DNA of 64,000 bases from contig NC_092677.1 of assembly GCF_964355755.1 (NCBI RefSeq), positions 1,634,101 to 1,698,100 on the forward strand. Reading direction: 5' to 3'. Made by a program: the position numbers and the translations under genes. Source of the DNA: Antedon mediterranea. Lineage: Eukaryota; Animalia; Echinodermata. The notes below the pieces were generated by a model, which saw only the letters and a program-made list of their open reading frames with translations, had not been told where the DNA came from and made no database searches. Positions 38,405-51,800 of this stretch are shown here, in pieces. Numbering within the stretch: the stretch's first letter is position 1; every line of letters starts with the position of its first letter.

Positions 38405-41400
38405 TTACTTTTTCAATGATTCTTTTATAAAATCTAATGACAACACGTGGTATCTGATGCAGTGACCAAGATCTTCATCTTCTTCAAAATTTGTTGTGTA
38501 AATCATCAAAAACCCTGATTTACCCTCACTCATAAAAGGAACAATTTGTTCACATTTAACTTTACTTCTGTTTTGTAAAATGTCAATCGGCTTGTAATCC
38601 TTTCCACTTCCGGCATGTATCGGCTTTAAACGAATAATTCTATTGTCAGTTGTGTCTTCTAAAAAATGCCACAAACCTTCAAATTTCAATTTCTCTCTTT
38701 CCTGATTTGTAGGGTCTTCTTCCTCTATTGTTTTACTCTCTTTTTTAGTTTTCTTTTTTGATTTTCCCTCCGTTTTGAATGGTTTCGTAATACCATGCTT
38801 TACATTGTCAATAAAACTCCGTCTCTTTTCTATTTCCTTTGATTCTTCTTCATGTACACAAGGTGTCGACTCATCAGGCTCTTGTTGACTTGTTCCTTGT
38901 ATGTCTTCTACTTGTTTTACTTCTGTTTCTTTTTCTTTTACTACTGCTCCTGCTTTTTCTTCCTTCGGAGTTTCATTAGATTCTTCATTTGTAGGAACGC
39001 TCTCATATTCTGCATCAGAAATGGGTTTTTTCTTGCTTTTAATTGACGATAATGTTTTTGAAACTTTACCAAGTACACCCCGTTTCCTTGTTGTCGCGTC
39101 GGTTGTTTTTTCTTCATCTGTTTCATTTGTACCCGCTTGTGGCACATCAGTGTTTGGATTATCATCTTTTGTTTCCCCCAAGTTCTGATTTTCATTTTGC
39201 GGTTGTTGATTTGTGACTGGCGCAACTAGATTTTTGACGGAGTTCTTTAAATCTGCAAGCACACCTTGTTTTCTTTCGGTATTTAATGGTTCTTTTGTTG
39301 CAGATGCCGATGTCTCTTTGTGATTAGATTTAGCATCATCGGTTTTATTTATAGCTGGAACACAAATAAACTTTCCATCTGAAGAAAGTGCAACACTTAC
39401 TACGGGCATATAAGTAGTTGAAGTCTGGAAAAAATATGTATTAGTCAAAACTAAGTTTCATTAGTTTAATTATGAATAATATACTGTACTTTGCACGAAT
39501 GTGCATTTTCAAGTACGGAAAGTATCGGTGAGAGGACAACTATATCAATAATAAACCATCCTCTGAATAAAACACCTTACCTGCTCTTTTTTCAAAAACG
39601 TTGTACAATTATCATTACTAACTCCTTCATACACAACCTTACAGGACTGTAACAATGAAACTATCGCACGTACTTTATCATTGTCTGTTTCGATTATCTG
39701 GGAAAAGGCAGATTCGTTAGATGCGATTAACAATACTATAAAAGTTGTTTAATAACAGTAAATGTTATTGTGTTAGTATAGTTCGTTGATTAAACTTTAC
39801 ACCATTAAGTCAAAAAAGGCCAAACCTGAATTCGCATATTATCCTCAGCATTTTCCATCTTCAAGTATACGATATTCCAATCAATTTCATTTTCTGTCCA
39901 CAATATAAAAGGCTGATAACCTACAGAGAAAGAAAACAGTGTTAGCCTTAAACACAGCATGCAAAATGTATATTATACTATTTAGACTTTTATAGATTAA
40001 GAACTAAAACTTAAGCCCATTGATGAAATATTTGACTTGGTGAATAGGGCTGCTTGTCAGTACAGTGAACATTAGTTCAGATAAAGGACTATTTGACTGA
40101 GTTTGATCGGTCCTAAATTTACATTTAGTAAACCTGTATTGTGTTAAAAATTAACTGACGAGAAACAGTATATCCTTTACACATAAACTTTCTAGATTTA
40201 AGCTTAATGTATATTGTATGTAAAATGTGTGATTCTTACTGAAAGACTGCTTTTCGACATCCGCTTGCTTTTGTGTAGATAACGGAAGATACTTGACCCT
40301 GAATTCGTTTGTTTGACCATGCCTACCATTTTCATTTGTTTTACCTGTAAAACGCAAAAAATATAAATAATAACTTTACGGATCAATAATCCAGTAATAA
40401 TAGGCCAGTAGCTTATTCTTGCCAACATAAATAAACAACTACAAAGTAAGTGGAAGGAAACACAAAAGAGAACTAAATCCCTATGTAGATAAAACATAGC
40501 CTTTTGTAAGATGGTGGGACCAAACCCTATTAGTCACACAGGCTATTCACCCCTTATTCTCCCCGATGCCTACTCAACTTGGAACACTACATTCCTGAGG
40601 TGGGTCTTCCAAGGAAAGTCAATCAGGATGTGGTTAGGGCGCCTTGAGCACTCTGGAGTGGTATGTGCACTATAAAAATCTCATTATTATTATTATTATT
40701 ATTACCATTTGATTAGTCATTCTTACTGTCCCCTTAATATAAATATATGTTTTGTAGTTAAGTTAGTTAGTTTGGGTATTGATTCTTGAAACTATAACAT
40801 CAATCAGAATCACTACAATTTCACATTGTTTGATCATCCTACTTTTGATTGAATAAATAGTATATTGTACATTACATTGAATAATTTTGTGCCATCGTTA
40901 TTGTCTTGGCCCTCGACACGACTACAAATCATTCATAAATATACAAACACGTCCAGCACCAAAGAGAACGTCCTTCCGTTGCGTCCTAGTGGGAATCAAG
41001 TATGATACGAACCGAAAGTTTGTTTGTGTACAAACACTAAACAAACATAATTATTCTTAACAATTTTACCTTTTCGTTTTACCCAACCACCAACAACCAG
41101 CCGTCCAGTGGATAACTTTTTACCGCTTAGATAATCTAGAATGATAAAAACCCGTTTTTAATATAAATGGAAAGAATGACAACTCAACCAGCCTATTGTA
41201 TGTCTAAATTATTGCTGATTTGGATTCCATATCGACAGTCATGTCATTAAGTGAGCGCACGCTAGTTTAACTTACCAAATTTTAAATCTTCAACAGAACC
41301 ATTTGACTCCAATATTTTGATGACGTCATTCATTATTCTGAACAATGGATTTTTGTTTGGCAAAACTACAATCAACTTCCTTTTAATTCTTGACTTAGAT

Positions 41401-44400
41401 TTTGATACATTAACAACCCCGATGAGAATATAAGGGGTATGTTTACCAGGTAACACGGCGTAACTCAGTAATTCCTTTCTGAAAACAAAGATACTACGAT
41501 GTATAATGTTGATATATACAATACAGAAGGAAGTATCAACTGTACGTTTGACCGGTTGTTTTCCACTAACTTGGTAATTCAACAAAAAAAGATGATTTAT
41601 TTGAAGAAAGCTTTATATAATAATTAGCATGCTAACGCTAATGTTGTTAATGGAGCAATTCCGAGAACATTCAACACTATATCTCAAACATAGCTCAATA
41701 ATTAACAATTAAGGTTACAAAATCTTACTCTGCCTGGATTAGCACGTTAGCTTCTTCGTCCCATGTAATACGGGTAGGGAATTCCTGCGTCATGTCAGGA
41801 ATTCCTCTACACATTATGTACTTATGGTGGTCATTCAAAAGCAAAAAAGCCCTGTTGTTAAGAACTACTCCACCAGAGCTGAAAAATAATACAAAATATA
41901 AGGTATTTATATACAATCTTTAAATAATGACCTCGTTACGAGCCGAGACCCATACATACATGGTTTATTAATATGGCAGTTAACACCACGATAACTTCTA
42001 TAGGCCTACTATTTGTTATTGTATGTATCAAAACTGGATATTTATTAAATTCTTTTAATACTAACATTATTAAACTGTCTCTTTCTTAAATACTGTTAAT
42101 ATTATTTCCCTATTTGCTATGTTCATCCTATAATTACGATACCACCTTTGCTATTTAACATTGTTTTCAATTAAACACAACAAACTACATACCTAAGCAA
42201 TCTTCCATCTGTATTTCTATGAACTGCATCTAAAAAAATTATTTAATTAAAAAGTTATCTTCCAATCTATTAAAGATGTATTGTCCCCCCAAAAACATGA
42301 TAAATGAAGATTATTCAAATCAGATTTTGAATAGGCCATTAGTAGTTTAAATCAAGTAAATCACTTCCGTATAAAAGAAACTAAAATTTAAAAAAATGTT
42401 AAATTCAACCAAAATCACATTAGTTGGACGCAAATTTGACTATTTTTCCTTTAAATCACATTTTTTCAGGTAAATATTTGTATAGTCAAAGTGAATGACT
42501 ATAATGAAACTTAGAAAATAGCATAACATATAGCACAATTTTATTGGGTGACGTATTGACAATACAACTGATTTGTTCAAACAAACCAGTTCAGATCAAT
42601 TATAATCATTTTTTTTCAATTTATGTCATATAATTCAATAGAATGGATGTAAAATGATGGATGTAAACATATTTCTCAGCTTTCCTTATCTCAATATGAC
42701 TTGATTAGGGTACTCTGGAAATTATAACATTAATAATATAGTCTACCTTGTTTTTATAATTAAATTGTCTCCCCATACTTACTTGTGAGTCTAATGCCTA
42801 ATTCACCACCAAATCTAAATCGTGTTGTTGGTTTAGCACCAGACTGTTTTGGTTCCTGTTTTACATTCACAAAGCATCCAAAACGCCCTTCATCGTCATC
42901 AGTCACAGAGCGGGATTCTAGAGATCCTTCCGCACCTTTCACACCTTTACTTATTTTAGACTTACAATTCAGAGATATATTTGGTTGGTAGATTTTTGTT
43001 TTATCTTGATTCTTCTTATTTGGTTTTAAGACAAAGTCAAAGTACGGTTCTTTGTATCCACTAATGGTTATGATATCCAATAGTTGGTCTGTGTAAGTTA
43101 ACTCAAATGGAGCTGCTACGTCAGATCCTCTTGGTACTACAATCTCACCAAATTTAAATGTTATTGGTTCATCTTTCACTAGATCTTTGTTCACCTTCAC
43201 TGGTTGAATATCATATTTCTCTTACAAAAATTAAAAAAGTGTTAGATATCATTTTATATAATAAATGCATTTTAATAACGTGCAAATATCATCAGTGGCT
43301 CAGAATAAATATAATGACGTACGTGCGCATACATAATCATATAATGTACATTTTGAGTATTCTTCCCTGAATTTATGTTTCTTAGGAACTTTATTCAACA
43401 AATTAGTCATAATAACCATAATAATAAAAATGTAGTACTGCAGGGATTATTTTTTTACATAATTTCATTTAAAAAAACATTTATTTTCCTCCATAGCAAT
43501 ACAATACAAAATAGTATACAGATGATAAGGTAAAATAATAATGATAAAGATGATTGTTGGATGGACAAAAGAAAAGAGGCTATGGAGGAAGGCATAATAA
43601 TAATGGAGTGGAGCTGTACTGGGGTGGAAGGTGTTGCGGAGGGGGTTTGGTTAACGCAATCCTGACCTAGTGCCAGGGTTGTAACTCACAACTCTTTCAA
43701 CTCCACTCCCTAAGCCTCAAATGAGAATTAATAAGCATGATAAATTATAAAATAGTTTATCCATCCTGTAATTTGCGAGTTGCACATAAGATACATCCGA
43801 AAACACAGGCATTCCACATTGTCACTTAATTATATCTTTAAAAAGTGATACCTTTCAAATCTCCTGGTGTATCTGTAAGATGTTGGATGAGTTTATGGCT
43901 TGCCTTGTTGTTTGTTATGGTCTCAATCTAAAAATAAATAATGATAATCATGATTCTAAGATCAAGCCCATCTATTATTATCAATTTTAATTAAAAATCC
44001 TAACAATCGTACATATTTATTATATAAATATTAATGTTATGACACATCACTGCGTGTCCCGTGCTGGTTCCATTGACTTTTTATAATACACATAGAGTAA
44101 CAAATAATATTTCAAGAATAAAATTGTGGTTAGGCCTAAATGGAATGTAATACAATTTATAGTTTTAAACAAACAATCTATTTTAATTGTTGTCCATTTT
44201 TACCTTGTTTGGTTGTATACTTACAATAGTATAAATGTCACGTTGTTCCTTCTTCCTGGAGTATATAACATACACAACACCCAGAATTACGATCACGACA
44301 ATTGCTAAAATAACAAAAGTTGCTATAATCGCCCCACTGCTACTAGTTGATGGAGGAGCTGTTACCTCATCTGTTAACATAAATCGTATAATGCATCAGT

Positions 44401-47400
44401 TCTGGTATTTTATTACAGTGCTTATATTTAACATAGTGGAGCTGTAGCTTGGTGGTTAATGCGCTTCCCTTCCAATCCCAGGTCCCGTGTTCAATCCTGA
44501 CCTTAACTCACGACTCTTTCAACTATATCACCTAAGCCTCAAATGAGAATAAGTTTATAAGCACGATAGCTTGTTAAATAGTTTAACCATTCTTTTCAAA
44601 ATCTTGATCAGTACATTGGTTGCCACCCACTGGTAACCAGGGACGCGCCAGCCAAGCCGAACCATTTTAAAAATTTATTTACAAATGAATGCGTATGAGA
44701 TTTACAAATTACTTTTTTCAAGTTTTTTTCTTTGTGATAACATTTGGTTTTTTCTAAAGGGTTTTACGACTACAGAAAATGATTTGTCTCTGTAAATATT
44801 TATATTGTTGAATAAATGTGAATTGAACTTTTGAGCAGTTTACAAATGGTCTGTATGCTACTATGGCTCATTCATTAACAGAGAAACGGGTCTTATGACG
44901 GGTTTTCCTGCGAACTGAATAATTCATGCGTGGGTGTTTGTTTCTTTCGTCACCCGGACTGTATAAATCATAAATTTACCTTTAAGCCTATATGTAATTG
45001 AGTTACTTGCTTTTTCATTTTTGCCAAGTTCAGATTCGTTTTCCACTTTACAGCTATAGTTTCCTTTATTACTTTCATCAAACGTTTCAATTTCCAATAT
45101 ATCATTTTTAAAGTTGATTTTTCCAGGGATCTCTTTCAAAATCTTATTTCCATGGAACCACGTCCTTGTGATTTGTTTTGGATAAGCATCTTTCAAGTTG
45201 CAAGACATTGAAACCTTGCTTCCTCTTACGGCTTCCAAGTCACCTAGGGCCATCAATGTCGGTGTATCCAAGTCTGTCAATCAAAGTATAATCATAAGGA
45301 TACTGCGGGTAAATATCATTTATTTGGTGCTACAATCTAAGTTCCCAAACTTAATTCAAATGAGATGGTGGGAATTAATTACACATTACACAGCTCAGGC
45401 AGCTGAAGACGATCTTACTTATACGCGTTCTGTTCACATACAGCCGAAACACAAGAGCATTGGGCATTGGAGGGCTGTGGGCAGTTATGTACAACACTTC
45501 TATTAGTTTTCGTTTAATATAACTTCTATAGGCTTACTTAAATAGGGCTCAAACCACTCGGGTCTACAAAATGTGTATAGCCATTTGAGGAAAAATAATC
45601 GCGGTGTGCACAATGTGCTGGAACTGATAGAGTTCATAACGTACAATATTTACAATTAGTTAACAGTTTCGTGGTGAGAAGACGGGACGTGGTTATGTGC
45701 TTGTGGTTCACATGGGTATAATACACTTACAATATACGGTTAAAGAACATTTCGTCTGGAAGAGTATAGTAGCTCCAGTAGACTCGTCATTTACTCCACA
45801 CGTGTACGAACCTTCATCTTGTCTGCTAACAGCATTGATAGTCAGGCTAACATATCCTGCAGTATCACCTTGCTTTGGATCACTCAGCGAGTATCTAGAC
45901 GCAGCATCGTCTTTTCTTGCAATAACCGTCTCGTTTTTCTTCCAGTAGTATTTGCCGATCACGGCGTTTGTTGGTATGAAGTAACATGGTAATGTAGTGG
46001 TCTCCTGCCCTTCAATGGCAAATTGTGACTCAGCAGTGAGTTTGGTAATGCTTTGACCAACTGAAAAAGAACATGATTCTCCAGTTTACAACAAACTAGA
46101 GGATTTAAGAGGGTTTATTTATTTATTTGGAATTACACCTTTAGATCGGTGGCACACTTAGCACAAAGGTGCATCCTTCACAATATAAAATATAACAATT
46201 AACAGAAAAGTAAAAAAAGGCAAAAGCAACTATCAACCCCTATCCTACCCCCCCCCCCCCCCAATTTACATCGATACATACAGTAGATCATTACTTTACA
46301 CAATGAATACAAAACAAGATATAGTAAAAGTGTATAAAATAAAATAAAATAAAATCAGCTGATAAACACAGCTTATTACGAAAAACCCCCAACTCCTCCC
46401 CCCAAACCCCCCCCCACCCTCCCCCCCCCCCCCACTTTTTTTTCAATTTACTTAATGTAGCAATGTAGATAACATAGTTATTGAGTCATGGAATTCAGTG
46501 AATCATTTCGAAATTGCCATGCTTGTTTTAGGTATCTTTTACAAAAACTATCCAAAATATTTTCACACTCTTCATCAATTAAATTATCTGAGTATCCCAA
46601 AATATATTTAAGTTTGTCATTTTCAGGAGAAGTATAAAAAGTATCAAACATATCTTTGCTGCCATTTCTATACATATCCACATATAAATTAAATAATTCC
46701 TGATTACGTATATTATTTAAAGCTGGACAATTAAGGATGAAATGATGGATGTCTTCGTCCGAATTTGTACCGCACAATTTACATTTTTTATTATTATCAA
46801 TATTCCAATTTGCAGTTTAACGATGACCTATACTGCTGACTGAAATATAGTCAAGCCACCGGGCTCCTGATTCGGTCGGTGACGTGCATTTGGACAAATA
46901 TTTTGTACCGTACAGATGCACATTCATTAGCCGGCTATGTTGGTTTGTGGTCTCGGTTTGTTTATACTGTACCATGAATAAAAAACCGTGCATTTGACTA
47001 GGGAGAATTTATAGGTGATTCTTTTCTTTCACCCATACAGGTAGGACTATTTATACGTAGGCCTACATCAGACAACAATTGTGAATATTATAAGCTGATC
47101 CCTGAATAGAATGTTTTATGTAATAACGATTTTTCTATTCATGTATGCTTTGAGTAACTGATTATGTACGGGTATAAAAACGGGCGTAATGAAAAATACC
47201 GAAAAACATATCTCTTGCACTATACGTTTATACTGTATTAGAATATAAATCACTCATGCATAACATTAACAATCATAATTTTAATAATAGTTTAAGGAGT
47301 ACTGGCTTGGAAAGTGTACTGAAGGCTCTGTGTTTCCTAACACGGCTTCAGCAGGTTCAAAGTACAGTACAGGAACAAGAACGAGGCGTGTGTTTCCAAT

Positions 47401-47806
47401 TTAAAATTAGAATAATTCCCATCAGACTAAGGTAAAGTTTATATTTAAATTCCTGTCATTGTGAAAACTTCACTACCTTAGTCGGTAGGTCCTTGTAAAA
47501 TAATTATCGCAATATGGAATTAAACCCAGAGTGTATAGGTAATCGTACGCCAAATCGCGATACGGTTTTTTATTTCTGCATAATATGCTCGTTTATATTA
47601 GCAATCACATGACACGGATTCATACAGCAAACATAAATTGCAATGTCGACTGCTCCAATGACGCCTGCTCGGTACATGTACAGATATCTTCTACATATAC
47701 ATATACACATACTACGTTTACTATATATCTTACCACTATATTCCAAAAATACTGTTAACATCAATGACCAAAAACTAAGCCATTCCCACGATCTTGTTAT
47801 CGTCAT
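38405..47806 (-). CDS. Ig receptor B (paralog of A): signal peptide, IgV, IgC2, TM, extra cytoplasmic Ig-like exon, degenerate sialidase-like propeller
   Basis: Exons: 47734-47806, 45731-46060, 44980-45273, 44225-44370 (TM AIIATFVILAIVVIVILGVVYVIY), 43852-43927, 42783-43220, 42193-42229, 41729-41878, 41276-41478, 41070-41135 (YLSGKKLSTGRLVVGGW), 40240-40344, 39826-39920, 39581-39697, 38405-39424. Phases are consistent. Confidence 0.85.
44438..44590 (+). mobile_element. tRNA-derived SINE fragment; related fragment at ~43690-43770
   Basis: ggagctgtagcttggtggttaatgcg...gtgttcaatcct has A/B-box-like motifs. Downstream cctaagcctcaaatgagaat is shared with ~43710. Confidence 0.5.
46440..46820 (-). 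mobile_element. 3' fragment of a non-LTR retrotransposon ORF2 (C-terminal CCHC zinc knuckle)
   Basis: CKLCGTNSDEDIHHFILNCPALNNIR (C-x2-C...E..HF...CP); lies in intron 1 of receptor B. Confidence 0.7.
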
Positions 47807-48861
47807 ATTTCCAAATTTCGTGAGTTATAACAAAGCACCAGCCATAAATCTATACATAACGGTTGATTACTTTAGAAAAAAAGGTTTACTCAACCTATAT
47901 ATAGACATATCGTAAAGTACAATGTGCTAATATAAGATACAATACAATGGATAGCAGATAATGAAACTCAACTAGCCTATTCCTGCAACGTATTGTTGGG
48001 AATTTCCGACTCCGCCGTTTACCGTCACGTGTTATTTTCATTAGAATATTATAATTACTTAATGTTTTTTTGTAGCCAATGATCTGTATGTACGCCGATT
48101 TGTTTCCGTTTAAAATTCTGTGATGACTTTTTTCAACAAAGACAATCTAACAACAACCTCTTGCTTCAAGCATACAATTACGATGATGTCTCATAGCCTG
48201 AATATTTGTTTTTCTCTTTTGTGGGCAAAACCCACATTTATTTTAACTTTCATTTTCATTTCAAGAACATTTATTAAATTTCAATAAGGGTAAAATAACA
48301 ATACATATGATATACTGTAATTAAATTGGGGATTCTGTAGTAAAAGAAAAGTTTCTTGTCAAATGAAGGATACAAAAGAGAAGAAACAACAAAGGGCAGC
48401 AAAAAACATTTCAGACAAATTTACTTACCACTTGGAAAAGTTTCATCGGATTTCAGTTCTCCCTTTTTACAAACAAGTTTTTAACATTAATGATCTTTCA
48501 ATGTGATTTTGAATAAGAAATATCTATATTTTTTCCAATAAAAAAAAGTAATATGATATTGCAACATATAATCGCCTCGTCCTCAAAATCATGCATGGCT
48601 ACTAATAAAAAATCAAAATATAGTTTATAATCAAATATATTATTTGTTACTCTATTAACAATTATTGTCTTTATATGTCTTCTAAAGTGTAAAATAAAGC
48701 TGTATATTTATATGTAACTAATTTGTTTTACCGATATTGCAGACATAGTACAGTACCTTTTAAATATCGAAAAGTGATGATACGTCACATATGTTACTAT
48801 TATTATTGGTTGTGCTTTTTCTGCGTATACATTGTGTTAATTAATGATAATTTAAAACACA

Positions 48862-51800
48862 TTAGTCACGCATCAGTAAGCTAAGTTTAAAAGTATTGAA
48901 CACGAGAGTAAGCCTATCTGTTCCGTCTTTTTCTGAGACACTCTCATACAAACAAGCGAACATCCTGACCACTTCGTCTGACCCAGGGTGAAGTCTTTCA
49001 AAATAAGCTAGGTCAGAACTACCGACCCGACCATCCTTCAAAATCAAGTTTTCTTTAGACCACGTGTTGAATCCATCTTTTGACAGTTGAACAGAGAATA
49101 TTGTATCTTTTGATGATCTCATTGAGCTTGAACGAATACCCCAGGAGGGTGAGTTTGTGTTGTCTTCCAATGATGCCTTGAAGCTCACCATACCAGCCTA
49201 AAATACCGTAACGAATATTAGGCCTACAACAAACTCGTAATCTAAAATCTACGTAGGTTAGACAATTTAAAGTAGGCCTATAGTATTTACGTTCATTTCA
49301 TGATGTTACAATTATATCAAGAATGGCTAGGATCTTGCGTTTGGAAGATGCATGAATTCTGACCCTTTTACATCAGACAAGACTAATAAAACACACATTT
49401 TAAAATAAAAATGTCATTATCATATCTAACACCAAGATTTATACTACAATGTCTTCATTATTATTGTTATTGTAATGCTGTTCGATTTATAAAGCACTCA
49501 TACAATCAAAAGATTGTCCCAAAGCGCTGAGAGAAAAAACAGAAAGAAATTACAAAGAAAAAAGATGTTTTTTTTTAAAACTATGATAGAGGATGCATTT
49601 TTAATAGGGTCTTGAAGATTGTTCCACAGTTTAGGAGCTGCAACTGCAAAAGCTAGATCACTGGGTGGAACAAAAAGTGCAGATGGATTTGGTCGACCTA
49701 AGAGATCTTTTTGGAAACTAAAGATCTACGTATTAAATTGGAGATATATAATGGTGATTTGTCGTGAAGAGATTTAAATGTAATTATTACCTGTCTACCC
49801 GGAGTTTGAAAGCTTTCAAAGTTTTTCGTGTCTTGATATTGTTTGTTGCCCGGATGTAGTGACGACGCGGCCCACTCGTCAATTTCATCAGTTGTCTCAA
49901 GAGGCTGAGGAAATGTTCCGCGTCCTGAACAAATAGGACGCCATTCCATTCCGTCCTTACCACCAGTTAGAATAACAGGCGTTAATACGTCTGAAAAGGG
50001 ACAACTTTCTATCAACCAATTTTTAAGTAGCCCGGTTTTCAATGAGAGGCAACTAGACAATCAATTTTGTATTAGGCCTACTGAAATACGTATTACAAGA
50101 ACATAGTTCAATCAGTTATTATTGTAAAGATTCCCAGGATTCTAAAATACGCCTACCAGAAGCCTACTACTTTACAGTGCTAAAAACAAAGGTAGGCTGG
50201 ATAGATCGTATTCAATAATTTGGTATTTGAGAGACCTACTGTAAAACTACCAGGATTATTAAACACCCCATGTTTGTTTTGTTATTATTATTGACTGATA
50301 TTTTGCAAGCATTTATAAAGGATCAAGAGTTTCTTGTTCATTTATGTTTGTTAAATTGTTCTTACTAGTTGATTCAGTCCGAGTCAGTCTCCTGTGAGCC
50401 GAGCTTTCCAACTTAGAAGCGAATCCATTTACTATTAATGTTCCTGTGGATAATTTAATTCCGTGGCCAGTATCTGATAAGAAAATAAAATACAGAAAAT
50501 TATATTCAGGCCATACCGAAACAGAAAATTCTCTTTAATTTCCTCAAAGAAAATTAGTTTAGATTCTTAGGTCGTGTCAATGAGTTGAAGGAATTTTGCT
50601 TATTTTCTGAAATCCAGTTTCCTTGTGAGGAGACAACGTCCCAAACTATGACACTGAAATAAAGTCACCCAAATCGAACTCGTATCTTACTTTTTAGCAA
50701 TATACATTGTAAGCACACGTTTTTCTTTCTGTTGAATTATTGAAATATATGTAGAAATATGTTTGTTATATGATTCGTGGAACATTCTGGCCATACTTCA
50801 TCATCACGAACGCTGAACGTCTGCGCACTTAACAAACTTTTCCAATCAGAGCGATTACTGGTGCATAGACGTATTTATTTAGTATCTGGCCATACTTACA
50901 TAATTCAAAATGGCGCGGTGGTGGGCGTGTCAAATTCTTTCCTTTCTTCCCATTATCGTTGCTCCATGGAAAATGCTGCTTAACCTTTGACCAGGTTCTT
51001 GCACCATTTGTACTATGAGCTGAGAATAACTGCCAATCTGGTGCCCGCTGGGACCTCGTCTCACCCCCCGACGTGAACTTGTTAAAAAGAACCACAATAT
51101 GGCCGAGTCGTTCATTGACCACGATGGGGACTGGATTCTCTGGCCTACAAAACAAATCTGATGTCAATCATCTATAGCTTATAATATATCGTCTGTGTAT
51201 TAACTATATATGTATGTAGGCCTATAATACTTTTATACTGTTCGCTTCCATTGCTTAAAGTAAATTGTAAATTATATTAATTATAAGTCTGTAGGCTATA
51301 CCTGAGAGAACAGTTGCGAATCAAGTATAAAATTATGATTGCGAAAGGAAAAATGATGGAAAATACTAACAACAAAAAAATGAGAAAAAATGATGGAAAT
51401 AGTATAAGATAAAAGAGAATGACTCAGTAACTGTTCAATCATTTGTACCATGTTATACGTTTACTTCCATTTTGGTTCGTCTTCAGGTCCCCCGTGTTTT
51501 CTTCTAGATACTGGAGGTTGATCTCCTCTGAGTACACAGGCACGTGTTGCTTCTCCCATTCTATCGTACGTGAACGCACTAACCCCCTCAACGATACAAT
51601 ACTTCTTGTTTCGCTGGTTGCCGTTCTACGACGCTTTTCACAAAATGCTATTATATGGTAGCGTTCTCCTTGAATAAATGATACCAGGGCTGGCCGCCTA
51701 CCAACAAAAAAATATATTACATTCTGGTTTAAACATTCTGTATAATAATAACAGGATTTTTATAGCGCACATACCATTCAAGAGTGCTCAAGGCGCATTT

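Noticed and set aside
44438-44512. tRNA gene
   Set aside because: No complete cloverleaf is evident and it continues into repeat sequence shared with ~43700; better explained as a SINE head.
34513-46060. Siglec assignment for receptors A and B
   Set aside because: The V domains have a standard DxxxYTC F strand and lack the Siglec essential Arg, so sialic-acid binding by the ectodomain is unsupported.
49325-49400. Possible extra sialidase exon (LSDVKGSEF...NARS)
   Set aside because: There is an in-frame stop with no donor and the phase is wrong; 49791 splices cleanly to 49197, giving TPGRQ|AGMVSF.
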